This document shows positions 1 through 11,627 of a stretch of DNA of 44,836 bases, one piece after another. The stretch is from Eledone cirrhosa (Eukaryota). Numbering within the stretch: the stretch's first letter is position 1; each line of letters opens with the position of its first letter. Below the pieces are notes generated by a model. That model worked only from the letters and a program-made list of their open reading frames with translations. It was not told where the DNA came from and made no database searches. A program made the translations under genes and the position numbers. Location: assembly GCA_964016885.1 (NCBI GenBank), contig CAXHJY010001235.1, positions 1 through 44,836 on the forward strand, read 5' to 3'.

Positions 1-87
1 AACAACACATCACCTGGTTTGAGAATTGAACTCACAACCTTTCGATTGCAAGGGCCAATGCTCTAACCAGTAAGCCATGTGACTCCA
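1..87 (-). mobile_element. tRNA-derived SINE head (partial, runs off window start)
   Basis: Reverse complement reads TGGCTTACTGGTTAGAGC...GTGAGTTCAATTCTC (A-box/B-box-like) and matches the SINE heads at 10460-10545 and 10611-10730. Confidence 0.7.
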
Positions 88-96
88 TTATATATA

Positions 97-1380
97 CAGG
101 GTGTGGACGATATTTGTTCGCAATTTTCAACTGCTAATTTTATGCAAATTTTTTTTACTTCCGTTGTCACTCTTGTCTTCATAAAAACAGTGACTATATT
201 TCCATTATTTATTTTCAGAATAATTGATTATGAATAATTTTGAACCTCCAAATTTGTGGAATCCGCGCCGGGAGGACAAATAAAGAAATTTCAGACTTTC
301 TCAGCGTCAGCAGGAGAATGGTGGAAAAGGTCAGAAAGGAATTGGAAGATTCAGGATTTGACTACGAAGCATCATCAGAGAGGAAAATACATGATCGACA
401 ATCTGACACCTTCAGAACGCCCGAGTTCGTCACTGAAGTTCAGGATATCATCAACAATGAACCTAGCAAGTCGATGCGTGCCATTGCAAGGGAGAAAGGC
501 GTGGATGAAAAGCTCATTAGGCTGGTGGTACATGAAGACATTCGCTGTGTTTCATACAAGATGAGGAAAGGACAATTTCTGTCAAAGGCGATGCAAGAAA
601 AGTGACTGAAGCACGCAAAGAAGCTGATCAACAAGTTGAAACACCCACTGGAGCCAGATATGCTGTGGTTTTTCTCTGACGAGAAAAACTTCTTCCAAGA
701 CCAGAAGATCAACTCCCAGAACAACAGGTGGCTCGCTGACTCATCCAAAGACGTGCCCAGAGTCATGCAGACAAAGTTTCCAGCGACAACATTGGTCTTA
801 GGTGTCGTCAGCAGTCAAGGTGATGTCATGCCACCTCACTTCTTCCCTGAGGGCCTCAAGCTGAACACCGATGGCTACATCCGCGTTCTGAGCGAGGTAG
901 TAAAGCGCTGGATCGACCAGGTAGCTGCAGGTAGGCTGTACGTGTGGCAGCAAGTCTCAGCACCCTGCCATACCAGCCGAAAGACCCAAGCCTGGCTGTC
1001 AGAGAACTTTGTCGACCACACTTCACCTGACATCTGGCCTCCCCGCTCGCCTGATTGCAACCCCCTTGACTTCTTTGTGTGGGGCGCAGTGGAACGAGAC
1101 ACCAACAGATCTAGCTGCAATACGAAAGACGATCTGAAGGCCAGGATCACAAGTGCCTTTAGGGGCCTAATTCGGGGGACAGTGACAAAGGCCTGTAGCT
1201 GGTTCCGAGGCCACCTTGAGGCCGTCATCAAAGCCAATGGTGGGTTTATCGAGTGAGATCGAAAGAACAAGTCATGAAGACAAACTGACCCAAGTTTGAT
1301 AAATAAATCTTAAAAAATAAAACTACTGTGTTATTTTATCCTAGACAGTAATCTTGCGAACAAATATCGTCCGCACCCTG
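97..1380 (+). mobile_element. Full-length Tc1/mariner-superfamily DNA transposon, DD37D (maT) type, 1284 bp
   Basis: 27-bp TIRs CAGGGTGTGGACGATATTTGTTCGCAA (97-123) and TTGCGAACAAATATCGTCCGCACCCTG (1354-1380) with 1 mismatch; TA on both flanks; internal transposase sequence. Confidence 0.95.
230..1256 (+). pseudogene. Inactivated DD37D transposase
   Basis: ORFs 240-605 and 636-1256 are in the same frame, split by TGA at 603-605. HTH-like N-terminus; motifs WFFSDEK, WQQ(D>V)SAPCH and WPPRSPDCNPLDF with 37 residues between the 2nd and 3rd catalytic positions. The ATG at 230 is out of frame (probable 5' deletion). Confidence 0.9.
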
Positions 1381-1443
<63 letters not shown>

Positions 1444-1787
1444 TCATCATCATCCTCGTTCAATGTCCATTTTCCATGCTAGCATGGGTTAGACGGTATA
1501 TATATTTGTGTGTGTAACTTGAAAAGAAAAATCATCAAAAAATTTCCAAATAATTTTCCTCAACAAAATCCTTAAAGGAGTAAGATAGAACCAAAGACTG
1601 GGTATTTAGATTCCTGTGTACAACATTCCTAGCGATAACCACTGTTAATAATTCTAATTCTTACCCCATCCCCACTCTCATACATGTTAGCTTTCTTTCT
1701 TTTTATTCTTTTGAGGAAGTCTGCAGCAAAAACAAGATTTTCTTATTCCAAATATTTTCATAAAGTATTACAGCATAGTATAAAAAT

Positions 1788-1798
1788 GTATATGTATA

Positions 1799-1848
<50 letters not shown>

Positions 1849-1951
1849 GGGTGAGTCCCTGATGGATATCACATGTATCACATGTATATACATATATATA
1901 TATATATGTGTGTGTGAGTGTGAGTGTGTGGTGTGTGTGTATCTATCTCTT

Positions 1952-2022
<71 letters not shown>

Positions 2023-2366
2023 CTGTATATAGAGAGAGAAATTCACATATACATATGCACACACATACACACATATGAATATATATATAAATATACATAC
2101 ACAGACACACACATATATATATATATATATACACACATACATATACCTACCTACATACATATATATATATATGTATCTACATTTATATATATGCATATAC
2201 ATATATATATACACATACATATACCTACCTACATACATATATATATATGTATCTACATATATATATATACACACATACATATACCTACCTACATACATAT
2301 ATATATGTATCTACATTTATATATATGTATATACATATATATGTGGTGTGTGTGTATCTATCTCTT

Positions 2367-2443
<77 letters not shown>

Positions 2444-2523
2444 GTATATAGAGAGAGAAATTCACATATACATATGCACACACATACACACATATGAATA
2501 TATATATAAATATACATACACAG

Positions 2524-2563
<40 letters not shown>

Positions 2564-2820
2564 ATATACCTACCTACATACATATATATATATATGTATC
2601 TACATTTATATATATGCATATACATATATATATACACATACATATACCTACCTACATACATATATATATATGTATCTACATATATATATATACACACATA
2701 CATATACCTACCTACATACATATATATATGTATCTACATTTATATATATGTATATACATATATATATACACATACACATATATATATATATACACATACA
2801 TATGTGTATATATATATAGA
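1788..2820. repeat. Compound (TA)/(CA)/(TC) microsatellite block with a ~415-bp tandem duplication
   Basis: The block starting GTGGTGTGTGTGTATCTATCTC at ~1928 recurs at ~2343, with the same internal GAGAGAGAAATTCACAT and CCTACCTAC landmarks. Confidence 0.85.
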
Positions 2821-2823
2821 GAG

Positions 2824-3240
2824 TGATATGAATCAATGAAAGAGATGAACTACTGGGAGAGGCTGAAAACACTAAAGCTTTACTCCCTAGAGAGAAGATG
2901 GGAGAGATACACAGTGATATATGTATGGAAGATCCTAGAAGGGTTAGCGCCAAATTTCTGCAATGAAGGCAGGCCCAGCTCATGGACTGGGTGCCACCGT
3001 GTATGCTAAAGGTCCCATCCATCACGTCAAGAGTAAGGACCACCTACTGCAATAATTTGGGCTTCAAGGGACCGTAACTTTTTAATAGGCTGCCAAAAGA
3101 ACCTGAGAGATCTACATGGTGTGCATGTAGAGATTTTCAAGAGACATCTCGACATTCTGCTAACCAAGATCCTGGATTAACCCATAGCACGAGGTGAAGC
3201 ACAAATCAGAGCAGCAGCAGCAACAAACTCCCTTTTGCAC
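2824..3240 (+). mobile_element. CR1/L2-clade LINE ORF2 C-terminal fragment (decayed)
   Basis: Translates MNYWERLKTLKLYSLERRWERYTVIYVWKILEGLAPNF...GFKGP*LFNRLP...IFKRHLDILL, with stops and frameshifts. Confidence 0.8.
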
Positions 3241-3314
3241 TCAACAGAAAGTTTTCCTGGAGTTTTTAATATTATTCAAAATATTAACAAATATATCAAA
3301 TATATCAAATCATA

Positions 3315-3380
3315 TATTTTATCTGATGAAGATGTACTGAAAAAACAACACAGTACCTTTGAAATATATATAATAAAGCA
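3315..3380 (+). ncRNA. Type I hammerhead ribozyme motif (intact core)
   Basis: Stem I TATTTTAT/ATAAAGCA; CTGATGA 3323-3329; stem II AGATGTACTG...CAGTACCTTT; GAA 3361-3363; palindromic stem III ATATATAT; predicted cleavage after AUA (3372). Confidence 0.75.
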
Positions 3381-3399
3381 TATATATATATATATATAT

Positions 3400-3490
3400 A
3401 ATGAAGGATGTGTGTTAAGGAACCAGATGGACCATAAATAGCCGTTGAAACGGCTTGAGAGCTCTTCCATCGGGGTCAAACATTTTCCTA
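3400..3490. mobile_element. Rearranged copy of the short 'AACGAAGGA...GGACCATA' element, with internal inversion
   Basis: 3400-3436 matches 11628ff/37082ff in direct orientation; 3437-3490 matches the reverse complement of ~11707-11763; flanked by (TA)n. Confidence 0.7.
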
Positions 3491-3497
3491 TATATAT

Positions 3498-3970
3498 AAA
3501 GGTGCAGAGCACTAGAAGTTGATGGAAACCGCGGAGTGGGGAGACCCAAGATGACTTGGGATGAGGTGATAAAAGCCGACCTTACCCAACTACACCTCTC
3601 AAAGTCAATGACACACGACCGTGACTTCTGGCGTCACGCAGTAATACAGGGTACCCGACCTCCCATGGGTACATGCTGAAGCATATAAACAATATGCCCC
3701 CCCCCCCCCACCGCAAGGTGGTCGTGGAGGTGCCACGGCAAAAAAGCACCCAGCCCACACTGTAAAGTGGACGTGTAGGCGCCACGAAAAAGCACCCACC
3801 ACTCACTGTAAATGAGGTTGGTGTTAGGAAGGGCATCCAGCTGTAGAAATCAAGCCAGATCAGTTCCTGTATGAGCAAGGCATGGTCAGCCGACCAGACA
3901 CTGCCCACAACAGGACAACCCGTCTAACCCATGCTAGCGTGGAAGAACGGACGTAAAACGGTGATGATGA
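3498..3970 (+). mobile_element. 5'-truncated RTE LINE 3' end with SINE-like 3' region and (GAT)n tail
   Basis: Encodes RCRALEVDGNRGVGRPKMTWDEVIKADL; nearly identical by eye to 13056-13530. Confidence 0.85.
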
Positions 3971-4623
3971 TATATACACAAGCCAGAATCAGTTCCCGTC
4001 CTACCCTTGCAAGCAGGGAAAAGCGGACATAAAATGAAACAATGAAATGATATATATACACAATTATATATATACACACACACACACAATTATATATATA
4101 TATATGTCTATATATTGCTAGATCAAAACATATGTATCTAGGTCATTGACCCTATAAATATCATTCTGGAAGTGTGTTAGTTCTTTTTTAATTTTTTTTA
4201 TTTATTATTTAATTATTTTTTTACTCTTTTTCTTGGGTGTTGTTCCAATGAGGGAACATGGTAAGTATGTCAAACTTAGCTATTATGTATATCTCCAAAC
4301 TAACTAAAGAACTCTGAGCTACATACTGGAGATATTTATTTATATATACAGTGACACCATTTTTTACACAAGAGGAGTGTGGGGAGTAGTGCGACAGTAG
4401 GCAAACTAATAAAATATGTAGACTTTGTATTGTGGCAGACATAGAAGTAGTTGATAGCTTCTATTACCCAGGTGATAAAATATGTAGAAATGGGGTAGGT
4501 AGTAATTGTTGGTCTTGGATACACAAGAGGTGTAGTGGCATAGCAGGTAGACTAACAGAAAAGGTAGACCTTGTATGTGGCAAAAGTAGTTGATAGCTTC
4601 TATTACCTCGATGATAAATATAT

Positions 4624-4657
<34 letters not shown>

Positions 4658-4676
4658 GAAGAGTAAGAGCACGAAA

Positions 4677-4846
4677 ATCATGGGCGGAGGTGGTGAGAGC
4701 TGACCTCAGATCGCTGAAGCTCTCGGAGGAGATGACGAAGGACCGTGACGAATGGAGAGATGCTGTGCTGAATAGGACCCATCCAACCCTTGCAAGTAGA
4801 GAAAAGAGGATGTAAAATGATGATGATGATGATGATGATGATGATG
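4677..4846 (+). mobile_element. RTE LINE 3' tail fragment (second RTE family)
   Basis: WAEVVRADLRSLKLSEEMTKDRDEWRDAVLNRTHPTLAS then (GAT)n; matches 11112-11270 and 16828-16987. Confidence 0.8.
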
Positions 4847-5167
4847 CTGCATACTAACATTTTGGTAAGCAGAAAAGGGAGACAGGACCCTGATTCCGTC
4901 AGGTAAATGGCCCTGATAAATATGTAGTAAAGGACATACACAATGTAAATCTTGGCTACACAACAGGTGTAGTGTGATAGCAGGTAGACTAACAAAAAAG
5001 GTAGATTTTTGTATGTGGCACAGGTTATTTATTTTGAGAACAATAGCTTCACATCAGTATGAGTGGCCAGTTGCAGCCGGTTTGAACAGAAAGAGGTGAA
5101 AGAATTCTGGTTGGATACGGTCGGTCGATTTAAATGCTAAAGGGTCAAGGGCGTCTGGTTGTATAAC

Positions 5168-8100
5168 CACTGTATATGTGTGTGGTGTGTCAGTGTGTCT
5201 GTTGTGTATGTATGTGTGTGGTGTGTCAGTGTGTCTGTTGTGTATGTATGTGTGGTGTGTCAGTGTGTCTGTTGTGTATGTATGTGTGTGTGGTGTGTCA
5301 GTGTGTCTGTTGTGTATGTATATGTGTGTGGTTTGTCAGTGTGTTTGTTGTGTATATATATGTGTGTGGTGTGTCAGTGTTTCTGTTGTGTATGTGTGTG
5401 TGGTGTGTCAGTGTGTCTGTTGTGGATGTATGTGTGTGTGGTGTATGTCAGTGTGTTTGTTGTGTATGTATATGTGTGGTGTGTCAGTGTGTCTGTTGTG
5501 TATGTATGTGTGTGTGGTGTGTCAGTGTGTCTGTTGTGTATGTATATGTGTGTGGTGTGTCAGTGTGTCTGTTGTGTATGTATATGTGTGTGGTTTGTCA
5601 GTGTGTCTGTTGTGTATATATATGTGTGTGGTGTGTCAGTGTGTCTGTTGTGGATGTATGTGTGTGTGGTGTATGTCAGTGTGTTTGTTGTGTATGTATA
5701 TGTGTGGTGTGTCAGTGTGTCTGTTGTGTATGTGTGTGTGTGGTGTGTCAGTGTGTCTGTTGTGTATGTATGTGTGTGTGGTGTGTCAGTGTGTCTGTTG
5801 TGTATGTGTGTGTGTGGTGTGTCAGTGTGTCTGTTGTGTATGTATGTGTGTGTGGTGTGTCAGTGTGTCTGTTGTGTATGTATGTGTGGTGTGTCAGTGT
5901 GTCTGTTGTGTATGTGTGTGTGTGGTGTGTCAGTGTGTCTGTTGTGTATGTGTGTGTGTGGTTTGTCAGTGTGTCTGTTGTGTATGTATGTGTGGTGTGT
6001 CAGTGTGTCTGTTGTGTATGTATGTGTGTGTGGTGTGTCAGTGTGTCTGTTGTGTATGTATGTGTGGTGTGTCAGTGTGTCTGTTGTGTATGTGTGTGTG
6101 TGGTGTGTCAGTGTGTCTGTTGTGTATGTATGTGTGGTGTGTCAGTGTGTCTGTTGTGTATGTGTGTGTGTGGTGTGTCAGTGTGTCTGTTGTGTATGTG
6201 TGTGTGTGGTTTGTCAGTGTGTCTGTTGTGTATGTATGTGTGTGGTGTGTCAGTGTGTCTGTTGTGTATGTATGTGTGTGGTGTGTCAGTGTGTCTGTTG
6301 TGTATGTGTGTGTGTGGTTTGTCAGTGTGTCTGTTGTGTATGTATGTGTGGTGTGTCAGTGTGTCTGTTGTGTATGTGTGTGTGTGGTGTGTCAGTGTGT
6401 CTGTTGTGTATGTGTGTGTGTGGTTTGTCAGTGTGTCTGTTGTGTATGTATGTGTGTGGTGTGTCAGTGTGTCTGTTGTGTATGTATGTGTGTGGTGTGT
6501 CAGTGTGTCTGTTGTGTATGTGTGTGTGTGGTTTGTCAGTGTGTCTGTTGTGTATGTATGTGTGTGGTGTGTCAGTGTGTCTGTTGTGTATGTATGTGTG
6601 GTGTGTCAGTGTTTCTGTTGTGTATGTGTGTGTGGTGTGTCAGTGTGTCTGTTGTGTATGTATGTGTGTGTGGTGTGTCAGTGTGTCTGTTGTGTATGTA
6701 TGTGTGTGGTGTGTCAGTGTGTCTGTTGTGTATGTGTGTGTGGTGTGTCAGTGTGTCTGTTGTGTATGTATGTGTGTGATGTGTCAGTGTGTCTGTTGTG
6801 TATGTGTGTGTGGTGTGTCAGTGTGTCTGTTGTGTATGTGTGTGTGGTGTGTCAGTGTGTCTGTTGTGTATGTGTGTGTGGTGTGTCAGTGTGTCTGTTG
6901 TGTATGTATGTGTGTGTGGTGTGTCAGTGTGTCTGTTGTGTATGTATGTGTGTGGTGTGTCAGTGTGTCTGTTGTGTATGTGTGTGTGGTGTGTCAGTGT
7001 GTCTGTTGTGTATGTATGTGTGTGGTGTGTCAGTGTGTCTGTTGTGTATGTATGTGTGTGGTGTGTCAGTGTGTCTGTTGTGTATGTATGTGTGTGGTGT
7101 GTCAGTGTGTCTGTTGTGTATGTGTGTGTGGTGTGTCAGTGTGTCTGTTGTGTATGTATGTGTGTGGTGTGTCAGTGTGTCTGTTGTGTATATATGTGTG
7201 TGGTTTGTCAGTGTGTCTGTTGTGTATGTGTGTGTGGTGTGTCAGTGTGTTTGTTGTGTATGTGTGTGTGTGGTTTGTCAGTGTGTCTGTTGTGTATGTG
7301 TGTGTGTGGTGTGTCAGTGTGTCTGTTGTGTATGTGTGTGTGTGGTGTGTCAGTGTGTCTGTTGTGTATGTGTGTGTGTGGTGTGTCAGTGTGTCTGTTG
7401 TGTATGTATGTGTGTGATGTGTCAGTGTGGTCTGGCTGTGGATGTATGTGTGTGTGGTGTGTCAGTGTGTCTGTTGTGTATGTGTGTGTGTGGTTTGTCA
7501 GTGTGTCTGTTGTGTATGTATGTGTGTGGTGTGTCAGTGTGTCTGTTGTGTATGTGTGTGTGTGGTGTGTCAGTGTGTCTCTTGTGTATGTATGTGTGGT
7601 GTGTCAGTGTGTCTGTTGTGTATGTGTGTGTGTGGTGTGTCAGTGTGTCTGTTGTGTATGTGTGTGTGTGGTGTGTCAGTGTGTCTGTTGTGTATGTATG
7701 TGTGTGGTGTGTCAGTGTGTCTGTTGTGTATGTGTGTGTGTGGTTTGTCAGTGTGTCTGTTGTGTATGTATGTGTGTGGTGTGTCAGTGTGGTCTGGCTG
7801 TGGATGTATGTGTGTGTGGTGTGTCAGTGTGTCTGTTGTGTATGTGTGTGTGTGGTTTGTCAGTGTGTCTGTTGTGTATGTATGTGTGTGGTGTGTCAGT
7901 GTGGTCTGGCTGTGGATGTATGTGTGTGTGGTGTGTCAGTGTGTCTGTTGTGTATGTGTGTGTGTGGTTTGTCAGTGTGTCTGTTGTGTATGTGTGTGTG
8001 TGGTGTGTCAGTGTGTCTGTTGTGTATGTATGTGTGTGGTGTGTCAGTGTGGTCTGGCTGTGGATGTATGTGTGTGTGGTGTGTCAGTGTGTCTGTTGTG

Positions 8101-9392
8101 TATGTGTGTGTGTGGTTTGTCAGTGTGTCTGTTGTGTATGTATGTGTGTGGTGTGTCAGTGTGTCTGTTGTGTATGTGTGTGTGTGGTGTGTCAGTGTGT
8201 CTCTTGTGTATGTATGTGTGGTGTGTCAGTGTGTCTGTTGTGTATGTGTGTGTGTGGTGTGTCAGTGTGTCTGTTGTGTATGTGTGTGTGTGGTGTGTCA
8301 GTGTGTCTGTTGTGTATGTATGTGTGTGGTGTGTCAGTGTGTCTGTTGTGTATGTGTGTGTGTGGTTTGTCAGTGTGTCTGTTGTGTATGTATGTGTGTG
8401 GTGTGTCAGTGTGGTCTGGCTGTGGATGTATGTGTGTGTGGTGTGTCAGTGTGTCTGTTGTGTATGTGTGTGTGTGGTTTGTCAGTGTGTCTGTTGTGTA
8501 TGTATGTGTGTGGTGTGTCAGTGTGGTCTGGCTGTGGATGTATGTGTGTGTGGTGTGTCAGTGTGTCTGTTGTGTATGTGTGTGTGTGGTTTGTCAGTGT
8601 GTCTGTTGTGTATGTATGTGTGTGGTGTGTCAGTGTGGTCTGGCTGTGGATGTATGTGTGTGTGGTGTGTCAGTGTGTCTGTTGTGTATGTATGTGTGTG
8701 GTGTGTCAGTGTGGTCTGGCTGTGTATGTGTGTGTGTGGTTTGTCAGTGTGTCTGTTGTGTATGTGTGTGTGTGGTGTGTCAGTGTGGTCTGGCTGTGGA
8801 TGTATGTGTGTGTGGTGTGTCAGTGTGTCTGTTGTGTATGTGTGTGTGTGGTTTGTCAGTGTGTCTGTTGTGTATGTATGTGTGTGGTGTGTCAGTGTGG
8901 TCTGGCTGTGGATGTATGTGTGTGTGGTGTGTCAGTGTGTCTGTTGTGTATGTGTGTGTGTGGTTTGTCAGTGTGTCTGTTGTGTATGTATGTGTGTGGT
9001 GTGTCAGTGTGGTCTGGCTGTGGATGTATGTGTGTGTGGTGTGTCAGTGTGTCTGTTGTGTATGTATGTGTGTGGTGTGTCAGTGTGGTCTGGCTGTGTA
9101 TGTGTGTGTGTGGTTTGTCAGTGTGTCTGTTGTGTATGTGTGTGTGTGGTGTGTCAGTGTGGTCTGGCTGTGGATGTATGTGTGTGTGGTGTGTCAGTGT
9201 GTCTGTTGTGTATGTGTGTGTGTGGTTTGTCAGTGTGTCTGTTGTGTATGTATGTGTGTGGTGTGTCAGTGTGGTCTGGCTGTGGATGTATGTGTGTGTG
9301 GTGTGTCAGTGTGTCTGTTGTGTATGTATGTGTGTGGTGTGTCAGTGTGGTCTGGCTGTGGATGTATGTGTGTGTGGTGTGTCAGTGTGTTT
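5168..9392. repeat. ~4.2-kb GT-rich minisatellite, unit ~36-40 bp (GTGTGGTGTGTCAGTGTGTCTGTTGTGTATGTAT...)
   Basis: Continuous tandem array of roughly 110 units; a variant unit containing GGTCTGGCTGTGGAT appears from ~7427 onward. Confidence 0.97.
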
Positions 9393-9640
9393 GTGACACC
9401 ATTTTGTTTTTTTAATTATGTGGTAATGGCAGATTGTTTGATCAGTTCATTAAATCAATGTTTATGAGTTCTACCCACGCCCATCACCACCTTTCTCTTT
9501 CTGTTTCTTTGTTTCTCTCTCTTTCTTTCTTTTTCTTTCTTTCCCTTTCTCATCTCTTGCCCTCTCACCCTCTTCATCTTTCTCTCTTCTCTCACACACA
9601 AATATATAAATATAAATATAAATACAATGTAAATAATTGC

Positions 9641-9960
9641 TTCTACTTTTGGCACAAGGCCAGCAATTATCCCAGTGTATTACTGGTACTTTATTTTATC
9701 GACCCCGTAAGCATGAATGGCAAAGTTAACCTCGGCGGGATTTGAACTCAAAAATAATGTTTTCTTATATAAGCACAAGGCCACCAATTTTGGGGGAGGG
9801 GAAAGTCAATTAAATCAACCCCAGTGCATTACTGGTACTTTATTTTATCGACCCAAAGTTAACCTCAACGGGATTTGAAATCAGATCATAAAGGGCCTTA
9901 ACTCTATGCTCCAAAGCATGCCGTCCGAAGCTCTACCGAAACTGCCAATCCACCACCCTT
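9641..9960 (-). mobile_element. Two adjacent copies (one partial) of a tRNA-derived SINE with a Nin/Deu-like core
   Basis: GGCACAAGGCC...CCCAGTG..TTACTGGTACTTTATTTTATCGACCCC...AACCTCGGCGGGATTTGAACTC. The minus strand gives B-box GAGTTCAAATCCC and core CTTTCATCCTT.CGGGGTCGATAAA..AAGTACC. Confidence 0.75.
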
Positions 9961-9962
9961 AC

Positions 9963-10135
9963 ACAATGTAAATAACAATCAAACAGTGTTTAATCTTTCA
10001 AACATTTAATAACCAACAACCGTTTCATCCTAGCACAAGGCAGGAATCATCTGATGCCTTGTGCTAGGATGAAACAATTGTTAGTTATTAAATGCTTGAA
10101 AGATTAAACACTCTTTGATTGTCATTTACATTGTA
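9963..10135. repeat. ~80-bp-arm fold-back inverted repeat with a decayed hammerhead at its apex
   Basis: ACAATGTAAAT...CTAGCACAAGGCA pairs with TGCCTTGTGCTAG...ATTTACATTGT. Minus strand reads CAGATGA-TTCCTG..TAGGAT-GAA-ACGGTTGT-T; plus arm has GAA-ACAATTGT-T. Confidence 0.8.
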
Positions 10136-10244
10136 TTTCGGCTCTGTATTATATTGTTATATTACATCGAGCTATATTCATACTTTTGACTGGGTAAGAT
10201 TTAATATTACTCACCATATATATATATATATATTTATATATCAA

Positions 10245-10543
10245 CATCATCATCATTTTACGTCCACTTTTCCCTGCTTGCAAGGGTGGGACAGGAACTG
10301 ATTCTGGCTTGATTTCTACAGCTGGATGCCCTTCCTAACACCAACCTCAATTACAGTGAGTGCTGGGTGCTTTTTTGCTGTGGCACCTCCACGACCACTT
10401 TTCAGTGGAATGATATGGACCCCAGTCCCTATCATCTCATTTCTACAGCTGAGTAAACTGGAGCAATGTGAAATAAAGTGTCTTGCTCAAGGAAACAACA
10501 CATCACCTGGTCTGAGAATTGAACTCACAACCTTTTGATTGCA

Positions 10544-10545
<2 letters not shown>
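10245..10545 (-). mobile_element. tRNA-derived SINE with RTE-type 3' tail and (GAT)n end (head truncated)
   Basis: (CAT)n, reverse complement of tail CCCTTGCAAGCAGGGAAAAG, of body TTAGGAAGGGCATCCAGCTGTAGAAA and of core TCCTTGAGCAAGACACTT. Confidence 0.8.
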
Positions 10546-10610
<65 letters not shown>

Positions 10611-10614
<4 letters not shown>

Positions 10615-10745
10615 AGGCGTGTGGCTGAGTGGTTAGAGAATTGTATTCGCAATCGTAAGGTTGTGAGTTCGATTCCTGGACCAGGCGATGCGTTATGTCC
10701 TTGAGCAAGACACTTTATTTCACGTTGCTCCTTCTACCTGGAGTT
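10611..10745 (+). mobile_element. tRNA-derived SINE 5' part
   Basis: A box TGGCTGAGTGG (10622-10632), B box GTTCGATTCC (10667-10676), then CORE/V-like TGTCCTTGAGCAAGACACTTT. Confidence 0.8.
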
Positions 10746-10904
10746 GCGACCGATAGATAGTATTAGCAATTGGAAAGACCAACGGAAACATTGTTCCCTC
10801 GGTCCGATTTGACAAAAAAGTCGATCGTTCCTTAAAAAAAATATATATATATATATATATATAGCTATACGTATAAATATAAATATGTTTATTTATAAAT
10901 ATGT

Positions 10905-11272
10905 TTGGATGTGCAATGCCAATGTGCGTGAACGACCAAGCATAGACAAGTTGAGAGGGAAACTGTGTGTAAGAGGGATAAGCTGTAGTGTGTGGGAGAG
11001 AAGACTGCGTTGGTATGGACATGTGATGTGCATGGAGAATGACCGCTGGGTGAAGAAGTGCCAAGAAATCTCAGTGGAAGGAAGACGCAGTAGAGGAAGA
11101 CCATTAAAATAATGGGTGGAGGTGGTGAGAGCAAACCTGAGATCGCTGAAGCTCACGGAGGAGATGATGAAGGACCGTGACAAGTGGAGAGATGCTGTGC
11201 TGAATAGGACCCGTCCCATCCTTGGAAGCAGAGAAAAGCGGACATAAAATGATGATGATGATGATGATGATA
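10905..11272 (+). mobile_element. RTE LINE 3' fragment
   Basis: WMCNANVRERPSIDKLR...RRLRWYGHVMCM...RSRGRP, ending in (GAT)n. Confidence 0.85.
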
Positions 11273-11627
11273 ATGTATATGTATATAGATCAATGAAAAC
11301 AAACAGAAATCAGAGGTAGGTATTTAGTTAGTTCATAATTTTACAATCATTTCAGAGGGTCGATTGATCATGGGGTATCAATGTATGGACTAGCGTGGTA
11401 GTGGTTAGGTTACTACCCGTTTCTAGTCTCGAAATTCCTGTTCCGTCTTCTTCCGAGACACTCCTCTGGTCTATACATAAACACACATATATATATAAAT
11501 GATATTGTAACCTGGATGGATCTTCTTCATTTTATCAACCCTGCAAGCTGAAAATGCAAATATATGTGTGTGTATGTGTATATGTGTATATTTGTAGGTG
11601 TAAATCTGTGTCTATATATATATATAT

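Noticed and set aside
4365-5025. Three diverged ~100-bp repeats, two containing EVVDSFYY-like RTE sequence
   Set aside because: Appears to be an old local duplication of a tiny RTE scrap; boundaries cannot be defined reliably.
5159-9467. ORFs of 533-1406 aa rich in Cys/Val
   Set aside because: Translations of a GT-rich minisatellite open in all three frames, with unit lengths that are not a constant multiple of 3; no sign of coding constraint.
10611-10680. tRNA gene
   Set aside because: A and B boxes are present, but the sequence continues into a SINE core and no clean cloverleaf is evident.
11340-11470. Minus-strand GAAAC...GTA motifs suggesting another hammerhead
   Set aside because: No CUGANGA core or consistent stem I could be built.
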